32,000 nucleotides of DNA from Telmatocola sphagniphila (GTDB taxonomy: Bacteria; Planctomycetota; Planctomycetia; Gemmatales; Gemmataceae). Below, piece by piece: positions 15,765 through 23,384 of this stretch; position 1 is the first letter of the stretch, and each line of letters begins with the position of its first letter. Made by a program: the position numbers and the translations under genes. The stretch lies in assembly GCF_018398935.1 (NCBI RefSeq), contig NZ_CP074694.1:510001-542000 (forward strand), in the 5' to 3' direction. The notes below the pieces were generated by a model, which saw only the letters and a program-made list of their open reading frames with translations, did no database searches and was not told the origin of the DNA.

Positions 15765-15804
15765 GATTATTTTGTCCTGACAAGCGAATCAACGGAGTTG
15801 GCGT

Positions 15805-16095
15805 ATGAAGTTGCATCCATTGGGTGATAAAGTTGTCGTGAAGCGCTTTGAGGCCGAAACGAAAACTACCGGCGGGATTCTTCTTCCCGATACCGCCAAG
15901 GACAAGCCCCAACGCGGCGAAGTCATTTCGGTCGGGCCGGGCAAATTGAGCAAAACTGGCGACAGAACCCCGCTGCAAGTGAAGGTGGGTGATAAAGTTC
16001 TCTTCACCGCTTGGGCCGGGAATGAATACAAGGAAAGCGGCACCGGCGATGAGTACCTCATCATGTCGGAAGATGAAATTCTGGCCGTACTTTAA
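15805..16095 (+). CDS. groES: Co-chaperonin GroES
   Basis: 96 aa. MKLHPLGDKVVVKRFEAETKTTGGILLPDTAKDKPQRGEVISVGPG is the canonical Cpn10 sequence, including the mobile loop. Confidence 0.97.
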   Translation: MKLHPLGDKVVVKRFEAETKTTGGILLPDTAKDKPQRGEVISVGPGKLSKTGDRTPLQVKVGDKVLFTAWAGNEYKESGTGDEYLIMSEDEILAVL

Positions 16096-16141
16096 TCAAA
16101 ATTTAAACTCAAACTAACGTAAAATTCAGGAGCGATCATAC

Positions 16142-17773
16142 ATGGCAGCCAAGCAGATTTCGTTCGATGCCGAAGCCCGCGAAGCAATGAAGCGCGGCGT
16201 TTCCAAGTTGGCCCGTGCGGTCAAGGTCACCCTCGGCCCCAAGGGCCGTAACGTGATTATTCAGAAGAGCTTCGGTTCACCGACCGTCACCAAGGACGGC
16301 GTGACGGTTGCTCGAGAAATCGACCTTCCCGATGCCTATGAAAACATGGGCGCTCGCATGGTTCGCGAAGTGGCCAGCAAGACCAGCGATGTGGCTGGCG
16401 ATGGTACCACCACCGCGACCGTTCTGGCCGAGGCCATCTACAACGAAGGTTTGAAGGCCGTGGTTTCCGGCGTGAACCCTATGCTGATGAAACGCGGTAT
16501 TGAAAAGGCTGTCGAAGACATCGTTGCCAAGGTTAAGGCTCTGGCCATTCCCGTCAAGGATCAGAAGGATCTCGAAAACGTCGCCAGCATTGCCGCCAAC
16601 AATGATCGCGCCATCGGCACCATCATTGCCGAAGCGATGGCCAAAGTCGGCAAAGACGGCGTCATCACCGTTGAAGAAGGCAAGACCACCGATACGAATC
16701 ACGAATTCGTCGAAGGGATGCAGTTCGATCGCGGCTACGTCTCCCCGTACTTCGTGACCAATCCGGAAACGATGGAAGCCGAACTCGAAGACGCTTACAT
16801 TCTCGTTTACGAAAAGAAGATCTCCAGCATTCGCGACCTGGCGCCTATCCTGGAAAAGGTTCTGCAGCAGGGCAAGCCGATTCTGATCCTCTGCGAAGAT
16901 GTCGAAGGCGAAGCTCTGGCGGCTCTGGTCGTCAACAAGCTCCGCAACCCCGGTGCATTCAAGTGCGCCGCCGTCAAGGCTCCTGGCTACGGTGATCGCC
17001 GTAAGGCCATGCTCGAAGACATCGCCATCCTCACCGGTGGCAAGGCTATCTTCGAAGACCTGGGCATCAAGCTCGAAAACATTCAGATCTCCGATCTGGG
17101 CCGAGCCAAGAAGGTCAAGATCGACAAGGATAACACGACGATCATCGAAGGGGCGGGCAAGAAAGAAGCCATTAAGGCTCGCGTGACGATGATCCAGAAG
17201 GAACTGGAAAAGAGCACCAGCGACTACGACAAGGAAAAGCTCAGCGAGCGAATCGCCAAGCTCTCCGGTGGCGTGGCCAAGATCAACGTCGGCGGTGCGA
17301 CCGAAAGCGAAGTCAAGGAGAAGAAAGCTCGCGTGGAAGACGCGATGCACGCGACCCGTGCAGCCAACCAAGAAGGCATTCTGCCCGGCGGTGGTGTGGC
17401 TCTCCTACGTTGCAGCGAAGGCCTCAAGCCGACCGGCCTAAGCCACGACGAAGTAATCGGTTACAACATCGTTGTTCGGGCCTGCAAGGCTCCGATCAAG
17501 CAGATCGTTGATAACTCGGGCACCGATGGCAACATCGTCGCCGCCAAGGTTCTGGAAAACACCACGGCTACCTTCGGCTACGACGCTCGCAATGACAAGT
17601 ATTGCGACATGGTCAAGGAAGGGATTATCGACCCCGCCAAGGTCGTTCGATCCGCTCTCCAGAATGCAGCCTCGGTCAGCACCTTGCTGCTCACCAGCGA
17701 CGCTCTGGTGGCCGATGCACCGAAGGACGATAAGAAGTCTCCCGCGGGCGGCGGCCACGACGACATGTACTAA
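16142..17773 (+). CDS. groEL: Chaperonin GroEL
   Basis: 543 aa. [20 protein letters not shown]...LGPKGRNV...[12 protein letters not shown]...; AGGAG lies upstream. The C-terminus is ...[10 protein letters not shown] rather than a GGM repeat. Confidence 0.98.
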   Translation: MAAKQISFDAEAREAMKRGVSKLARAVKVTLGPKGRNVIIQKSFGSPTVTKDGVTVAREIDLPDAYENMGARMVREVASKTSDVAGDGTTTATVLAEAIYNEGLKAVVSGVNPMLMKRGIEKAVEDIVAKVKALAIPVKDQKDLENVASIAANNDRAIGTIIAEAMAKVGKDGVITVEEGKTTDTNHEFVEGMQFDRGYVSPYFVTNPETMEAELEDAYILVYEKKISSIRDLAPILEKVLQQGKPILILCEDVEGEALAALVVNKLRNPGAFKCAAVKAPGYGDRRKAMLEDIAILTGGKAIFEDLGIKLENIQISDLGRAKKVKIDKDNTTIIEGAGKKEAIKARVTMIQKELEKSTSDYDKEKLSERIAKLSGGVAKINVGGATESEVKEKKARVEDAMHATRAANQEGILPGGGVALLRCSEGLKPTGLSHDEVIGYNIVVRACKAPIKQIVDNSGTDGNIVAAKVLENTTATFGYDARNDKYCDMVKEGIIDPAKVVRSALQNAASVSTLLLTSDALVADAPKDDKKSPAGGGHDDMY

Positions 17774-17805
17774 GCTTGAGCTTAAATAACTCGATAAACG
17801 CGAAA

Positions 17806-17836
17806 GGGAGCCGGAGTAATCCGGCTCCCTTTTTTT
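17806..17836 (+). terminator. Rho-independent terminator after groEL
   Basis: A 9-bp stem GGGAGCCGG (17806-17814) pairs with CCGGCTCCC (17821-17829) around a 6-nt loop, followed by T7 (17830-17836). Confidence 0.88.
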
Positions 17837-18073
17837 GTTGATATATTTTGGTGATGACCACGTCTTTGGCTGGATTACGATAATTATCATCTGAGATAGT
17901 GAAGATCGGGAGCTGTTTTCCCTTAAAAAGGGATTTCTAGAATTCCTGCTCCAGCAATGCGAGCCGTACCCGATTAAGTGAATGCAGACCCGTCAGCCCC
18001 GATTGAAAGCTGTTCGCTTTGCGAACACCCCAATGCCGGACGAGTTCGACTTAAACACGTTTCCGCTCGTTCT

Positions 18074-18697
18074 TTATCGGCGCCGGAAGTCTGGCCCCTG
18101 ATAAACACGAACAGGGTTGCCACGGATTACGCCCTGGTGGATATGCCAGCGGGCGCGGGTGGCCCCGGCGAGAACTTCCTGATTGCATGTTTCGAGCAAT
18201 TGGGCGAGTCGGGCCTGGGCCAATGCTCGATTGCGATGCTGAGAGCGTTCCTCACGTGCTACTGCCGTCAGACCCGTCGGCAAATGCGTAACCCGAACGG
18301 CACTTTCCGTCTTGTTGACGTGCTGGCCGCCGGGGCCCGAGCTACGCATCACCTCGACTCGGATCTCGTTAGAAGACCAATTACGCTCGGCGGGGGGATC
18401 GAGTCGCTCTACACCGACAAACCAGTTTTTCCGCTTATGAGCCGGTCGGAAGGGGCTCTGTCCGATCCACTGAACGGTTCCGATCCATTTGGAAAGGAAT
18501 GCTTCCAGTCCATCGCCTTCCAGTACAAGCAAAGCCGATTGGATCAATCCCGCATATGTTCCCGGCACCAAGTCCAGTTCAACCGCCTTCAGTCCTGCGT
18601 TGCCGGCCTCGGCAATTAGCACTTCGACAACACGAGTTGCAACCCATTCGCACTCTGACGGTCCCTGGCCAGAAGTGACTTGCACCCAGGTGCTCAT
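18074..18697 (-). CDS. prfH: Peptide chain release factor H (PrfH), GGQ-domain-only release-factor homologue
   Basis: 207 aa. It has the GGQ peptidyl-tRNA hydrolase block RSSGPGGQHVNKTESAVRVTHLPTGL..REERSQHRNRALA, but no class-I RF codon-recognition domain (no PxT/SPF motif). The length is typical of PrfH. Its ATG (18695-18697) overlaps the rtcB stop (18694-18696). Confidence 0.88.
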   Translation of the reverse strand: MSTWVQVTSGQGPSECEWVATRVVEVLIAEAGNAGLKAVELDLVPGTYAGLIQSALLVLEGDGLEAFLSKWIGTVQWIGQSPFRPAHKRKNWFVGVERLDPPAERNWSSNEIRVEVMRSSGPGGQHVNKTESAVRVTHLPTGLTAVAREERSQHRNRALAQARLAQLLETCNQEVLAGATRARWHIHQGVIRGNPVRVYQGPDFRRR

Positions 18698-19821
18698 TCC
18701 CGACCTCGTGTCTTGTAAGTAATCAGTGGGCGGAGCGTGGCCAATACGCTTACTAGCCCGGCTTCTACCAAGTCCTGCACTACGCGGCCAATGTCCTTGT
18801 ATGCCTGCGGTGCTTCTTCATAGATCAGATCGTTGTCGTGACAAATGACTCGTCCGCCCAAGTCGGTTCGCGACAAGGCTTCTGGACTGAAACGAACGCG
18901 AAGACGATCCTTGGCATCGCTGCGGGCCCATTTTCGACCTGCTCCGTGCGCTAGAGAGTAGGCTGCAGAAGCGAGGTCACCTTGAGGCGCCACCAAATAG
19001 CTCATCGCTCCTCGTGAACCTGGTATCACCAATGGCCCCATATCGCCTGCAGCTGCTCCCTTTCGGTGTACCCAATTCGTTGGTCCGGCCCATGGAGCAA
19101 GTGTGATGCTGTTGTGGCAGTTGTCGAGCAAAGTTGTAACTTCCCCGCCGGTCATGGAGACAAACCGCTCCGCTATCAACCGACGATTCTCCCGAGCCCA
19201 GGCGACCGCATGGTCGTGCCTGCGCACGTAGTCGGCCGCTGCAGTAGAGTCCGCGCTTAATCCAGTTCCCTTGTGTGCAGCGACATGATCCCTCAAGATC
19301 GCTTCGCCGAGTCCGCGTGATCCACTATGGACTAGAAGCACCAGTTCATCTTCTGTCAATCCCGCGGCGGCAGCGCCAACCGGATCTATAATCGTGTCGA
19401 TGCACTGAAGTTCAGCAAAATGATTCCCTCCCCCAATGGTGCCAAGCGCAGAAGTCGCGGCCGGGGAAAGACCTGCGGATTCAAGCCGCTCGACCGCGTC
19501 TCCCTCCCAAGGGACTTCCAGCCCTTTAAGTTTCTTGACCCAGCGGTCGAGATTGGGCCGACGCGCCGGCAAACCAGAGCGATATAACGCCATTCCACAG
19601 CCGATATCATTTCCTGCTAAATGCGGGTAAAGCATGGCATCGCTGACAAACGCCGCTCCTACCGGACATCCGGGGCCCGGATGCAGATCGGGGAATCCAA
19701 TCGCCTGGGTGATGCCCGGTAGAGTCGCTGTCTTCTTGAGCTGATCAATAGCGCTGGTCTCGACCCAGTTGGAGGCCGAGGCAATCACTCGGACAGCTTT
19801 CGTATTTGATTCGGTGCTCAT
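18694..19821 (-). CDS. rtcB: RtcB-family RNA 3'-phosphate ligase, PrfH-coupled subtype (RtcB2)
   Basis: 375 aa. RtcB active-site blocks are present: GFPDLHPGPGCPVG, DIGCGM, GGGNHFAEL, HSGSRGLG, CHNS, IPGSRGAMSY, SLAHGAGR. It is shorter than canonical RtcB and translationally coupled to prfH, matching the release-factor-H-coupled RtcB family. Confidence 0.88.
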   Translation of the reverse strand: MSTESNTKAVRVIASASNWVETSAIDQLKKTATLPGITQAIGFPDLHPGPGCPVGAAFVSDAMLYPHLAGNDIGCGMALYRSGLPARRPNLDRWVKKLKGLEVPWEGDAVERLESAGLSPAATSALGTIGGGNHFAELQCIDTIIDPVGAAAAGLTEDELVLLVHSGSRGLGEAILRDHVAAHKGTGLSADSTAAADYVRRHDHAVAWARENRRLIAERFVSMTGGEVTTLLDNCHNSITLAPWAGPTNWVHRKGAAAGDMGPLVIPGSRGAMSYLVAPQGDLASAAYSLAHGAGRKWARSDAKDRLRVRFSPEALSRTDLGGRVICHDNDLIYEEAPQAYKDIGRVVQDLVEAGLVSVLATLRPLITYKTRGRE

Positions 19822-20076
19822 ATCTGGAAAAAGTTCTTAATATATTCTGTTAATTGCAATAATGTTGCGTCATTTTCCTGCATTACTCCCAAGGATTTCT
19901 TGACCACTCAACAGAAGCAAATTCACGGCGAACGGGACCGAAAGTTGGGGCTAGCGCGGTTCAAGCGACAGCAAGCCCAGACTGCTCTAAGAACCAAAAA
20001 TCTTGGAACTGAAATTCCTATTCCCTCTGAGCCAGTACAAGTAGATACTGCTCGAGCTGTAAGGGTTCGATTTTCA

Positions 20077-20105
20077 GCAAATTTTCGCATGGAATGCGAA
20101 TTTGC
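20077..20105. repeat. Imperfect palindrome/hairpin in the ORF-poor spacer
   Basis: GCAAA-tt-TTCGCAT-gga-ATGCGAA-TTTGC forms 12 bp of pairing with a 2-nt bulge and a 3-nt loop. No U-tract follows on either strand. Confidence 0.5.
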
Positions 20106-20277
20106 TCAATGAAGTTATTCGGATGTGGAAGAAGAGCGTAGCCCGAATAGGCCAAATGAACGTTTTGGTTCTCGGGATAAGTATGGGCTGCTAGTCCATA
20201 CTTCTTGAAGCGTTTTTTTGATGCTTGGGGCGTCCTAACCTCATTTGAAGCTAGGACCAATATTTTATTAATCAGTT

Positions 20278-23190
20278 TTACCCCGCCGCGGCTTCCTCCA
20301 CCGGCTTGGCCTTGGCCAGTATCTCCTCGGTTACCGGGGCCGTGCCTTTGCACTTGGGGTAAGTCGAGCACCCCAGGAAGCTCCGGCCACGGAAGAACTT
20401 CATGTTCATCTTGGCACCGCACTTGGGACAGGGGAAGTCGACTTCCACCTTCGGCTGCTTGGGCGGCGGAGGCGGCAGTTGATCCTTCAGTTTCTCTTTC
20501 AGTTCCGGACTTAACGGCTTGGCATTCCGGCACTTCGGATAACCGCTGCACGACAGGAATGGTCCGCGCGGGCCGCGCTTGATCACCATCGCGCTATTGC
20601 ATTTCTCGCAGTATTCCCCGGTGTTGACCGGTTGCACAGGATTGCCGCTGGCATCCACATCCTTGGCGTTTTTGCACTTGGGATAGCCGGTACAGGCGAG
20701 GAAGGGCCCGCGACGTCCCTGACGGATAACCATCGGCTTGCCGCACTTCTCGCACATATGCTCGGTCGGCTTGGCCGAAAGCTCAGCCTTGCCATCCGCA
20801 CCAATGTTCATCGTCGTCTTACACTCCGGATAGCCGGAGCAACCCAGAAACGGCCCGGTCTTGCCAATCCGCTCCAGCATGAACTTGCCGCAAGTCGGGC
20901 AGACGATATCGGTCAGTTTCGGTTCCGGCCGAGCTTCTTCCCCTTCACGCGGTTTGATGTACTTGCACTGGTTTTCTTTGTCTTTGTAACCCGAGCAGCC
21001 AACGAACTTTCCGCCGGTTTTGGCCGAGTAAAGCTCGAGTAATGGCCGTCCGCACTTGGGGCAGAGTTCGCCCGTTTCCACGCCGCTTTGCACGGGCATG
21101 TCGGTTTCGGCTTTGGTCAATTCCTCGGCGAACGGCCCCCAGAATTCATCGAGAACCGCAGCGTATTCCAGCTTGCCGTTCTCGATATCGTCCAACTCCT
21201 CTTCCATGTGGGAAGTGAACTTCAAATCCATCACTTTGGGGAAGTGCTTCACCAGCAGATCGGTGACGACTTTGCCAATTTCCGTGGCATAAAATCGGCG
21301 TTCCTTCTGCTCGACGTAGCCTCGCTTCTGAATGGTCGAAATAATCGTCGCATAAGTCGACGGCCGTCCGATCCCTTCTTTTTCCAGGATCCGAACCAGG
21401 CTCGCTTCGTTGTAGCGGCTGGGTGGCTGGGTGAAGTGCTGGCTGCTGAAGAGATCGAGCTTATCCAACTGCAGTTTTTCCTGCAGAGCCGGGAGCAGAG
21501 CGTCTTCCTGCTTGCCCGCGGGCGGCAGGACTTTGCGGTAGCCATCGAACTTCTGAATCTTGCCCTGAGTCTTGAAAACGCCATCGCCGGCGGTCACTTC
21601 GACATTAGTTACAGCAAATACCGCCGGGGCCATTTGACTTGCCACAAACCGATTGTAGATCAGCTGATACAGCCGGAACTGGTCGTTATCCAGATACGGT
21701 TGCACGCGGTCCGGCGTGTAGGTCAAATCCGTAGGACGAATGGCTTCGTGGGCCTCCTGAGCGCTTTTACCGCTGGCATAGAAGTTCGGCTTTTCGGGCA
21801 AGTATCTATCGCCATATCTCTCACCGATATGGCCCCGGACTTTGGTCATCGCTTCATTGGAAATGCGCGTGCTGTCCGTACGCATGTAGGTGATCAGCGC
21901 TATCGAGCCCTCTTTGCCCAGTTCCACCCCTTCGTAGAGCTTCTGGGCATGCATCATGCTGATCCGAGAAGACATTCGAAGGCGAATGTTCGCCTGCTGT
22001 TGTAAAGTCGAGGTGGTGAAGGGGGCCTGCGGCCGTTCGTTACGGTCCGTTTGCTCGACCTTGGTGACGATGTAAGGGACGTTTTTCAAGGCCTCAAAAA
22101 TCTCGTCCGCCGTAGACTCATTCGTCGCCTTGAATTCCGATCCTTTCCACTTGGCCAACTCCGCCGTGAAGGCGCCCGGCGGAATCTTGGTTTCCGCGTC
22201 TTCCTTCTCCGCAAGTTCCTGCGGTCCGGTTTCGGTATCGACGATCTCGGCTTCCTTGGCCGGTTCGTCTTTCTTTTCGCCCTTCTTCTTCGCTAACGTC
22301 TTGGCTTTGGCTGGGTTAGCAATGTAGCCCTTCACCTGATTTTCGAGGGCCAACAGGGCAGTAATTTTCCAATATTCTTCCGGCACGAACGCTTCAATTT
22401 CGCGTTCTCTTTCGACCAGCAGACGCACTGCCACGGACTGGACGCGACCGGCCGAGAGCCCCCGGGTGACCTTCTTGCCCAACAGCCCGGAAAGGGGGTA
22501 GCCCACCACACGATCGAGGACCCGGCGGGCTTCCTGAGCCTTCACTCGATCCATATCGATCTTTGTGGCATCCTTCAGAGCTTCCTGAACGGCGGTTTTA
22601 GTAATTTCGTTGAAGCGAATCCGGTAGGTACGGTCGTCCTCCAGATTCAATTCGTCCTTGATGTGCCAGGCAATCGATTCCCCTTCGCGGTCGGGGTCAC
22701 TGGCCAGAAAGACGCGGTTGCTCTTGTCCGCTTCTTTCTTCAGTTCATTAAGAATGTCGCGCTGCGTCCGGCGCCCCTTGCGATCGCCATCCGCTTTATC
22801 CTGCACGGCGTAACGCGGTATCCAGCCACCTTTTATGGTAACGCCGACGATATCTTCCCCTTTGGTCTTGCGACCCTTGGGGAGATCCCGGACGTGTCCA
22901 TAAGACGCCAGGACTTTGTAGCCGCTGCCGAGATATTTATTGATGGTCTTGGCCTTGGCCGGGGATTCGACGATCACCAGATCCCGGCTTCGGGTCGGGC
23001 GCTCGCCGGTCTCGTTTTCGAGTTCCTCGGTATCGGCCGGTTCGACCTCTGCCTTTTTCTTGCCTCGGGGCGCAGGAGACTTCTTGGCGGCCGCCGGCTT
23101 TTTAGGCGCAGCCGGGGCTTTCGCCTTGCGGGTCGCGGGCTTCTTCGCGTCAGGCGTGGGGTTTTCAGTCGTCTTTTTCTTAGTCGGCAC
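20278..23190 (-). CDS. topA: DNA topoisomerase I (type IA) with an N-terminal K/A/P-rich tail and five C-terminal C4 zinc ribbons
   Basis: 970 aa. TOPRIM start DLVIVESPAKAKTINKYLG and the core block ...EGESIAWH.... Five CxxC-x(13-22)-C-x(5-7)-C ribbons are present (CPKCGRPL..GCSGY, CPTCGKFM..GCSGYPEC, CEKCGKPM..ACTGYPKC, CEKCNSAM..SCSGYPKC, CPKCGAKM..GCSTYPKC). Confidence 0.96.
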   Translation of the reverse strand: MPTKKKTTENPTPDAKKPATRKAKAPAAPKKPAAAKKSPAPRGKKKAEVEPADTEELENETGERPTRSRDLVIVESPAKAKTINKYLGSGYKVLASYGHVRDLPKGRKTKGEDIVGVTIKGGWIPRYAVQDKADGDRKGRRTQRDILNELKKEADKSNRVFLASDPDREGESIAWHIKDELNLEDDRTYRIRFNEITKTAVQEALKDATKIDMDRVKAQEARRVLDRVVGYPLSGLLGKKVTRGLSAGRVQSVAVRLLVEREREIEAFVPEEYWKITALLALENQVKGYIANPAKAKTLAKKKGEKKDEPAKEAEIVDTETGPQELAEKEDAETKIPPGAFTAELAKWKGSEFKATNESTADEIFEALKNVPYIVTKVEQTDRNERPQAPFTTSTLQQQANIRLRMSSRISMMHAQKLYEGVELGKEGSIALITYMRTDSTRISNEAMTKVRGHIGERYGDRYLPEKPNFYASGKSAQEAHEAIRPTDLTYTPDRVQPYLDNDQFRLYQLIYNRFVASQMAPAVFAVTNVEVTAGDGVFKTQGKIQKFDGYRKVLPPAGKQEDALLPALQEKLQLDKLDLFSSQHFTQPPSRYNEASLVRILEKEGIGRPSTYATIISTIQKRGYVEQKERRFYATEIGKVVTDLLVKHFPKVMDLKFTSHMEEELDDIENGKLEYAAVLDEFWGPFAEELTKAETDMPVQSGVETGELCPKCGRPLLELYSAKTGGKFVGCSGYKDKENQCKYIKPREGEEARPEPKLTDIVCPTCGKFMLERIGKTGPFLGCSGYPECKTTMNIGADGKAELSAKPTEHMCEKCGKPMVIRQGRRGPFLACTGYPKCKNAKDVDASGNPVQPVNTGEYCEKCNSAMVIKRGPRGPFLSCSGYPKCRNAKPLSPELKEKLKDQLPPPPPKQPKVEVDFPCPKCGAKMNMKFFRGRSFLGCSTYPKCKGTAPVTEEILAKAKPVEEAAAG

Positions 23191-23384
23191 TCGTGTTCCT
23201 CGATCTCGTCTGCCGCAGGCAAAAGCACAATCCTTTATCGGGGGCAGTTGTTCCGATATCAGCTTTCGCTAGAATCGACAGCCAGAGTTAATATCCTCTC
23301 ACCATTAGTAAAGTGTTCGGCTTGCTGTCAAGAGGGGCGACAGCGGGATTTCAGGATATAAGTTTTTTTTACCGAGGAACGGCA

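Noticed and set aside
15611-15804. Search for a CIRCE operator or a sigma-32 promoter upstream of groES
   Set aside because: There is no TTAGCACTC-N9-GAGTGCTAA-like inverted repeat. CTTGGCA and CCCCAGCCT occur (15664-15685) but are only 5 nt apart, which is incompatible with sigma-32 spacing. TTGACG at 15700 has no acceptable -10 hexamer at 16-18 nt.
16277-17371. 364-aa minus-strand ORF inside groEL
   Set aside because: It is antisense to an unambiguous groEL frame. Long antisense ORFs of this kind are common in GC-biased codon usage, and no motifs are present.
17978-18619. 213-aa plus-strand ORF overlapping prfH
   Set aside because: It is antisense to the PrfH frame, which carries the GGQ motif, and no motif supports the plus-strand reading.
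19900-20112. 70-aa plus-strand ORF (TTG start) and an antisense 55-aa ORF (20090..19923) in the rtcB-topA spacer
   Set aside because: Neither has a ribosome-binding site or a recognisable domain. The two exclude each other, and their composition looks non-coding. They are kept only as part of the spacer finding.
21088-22005. 305-aa plus-strand ORF inside topA; similar antisense ORFs occur at 7935..8519 (aroG), 11431..12228 (kinase), 12358..13035 (EamA), 24027..25019 (916-aa gene) and 26517..27290 (TPR kinase)
   Set aside because: All are fully nested antisense to genes with strong family signatures, and they lack start contexts and recognisable domains.
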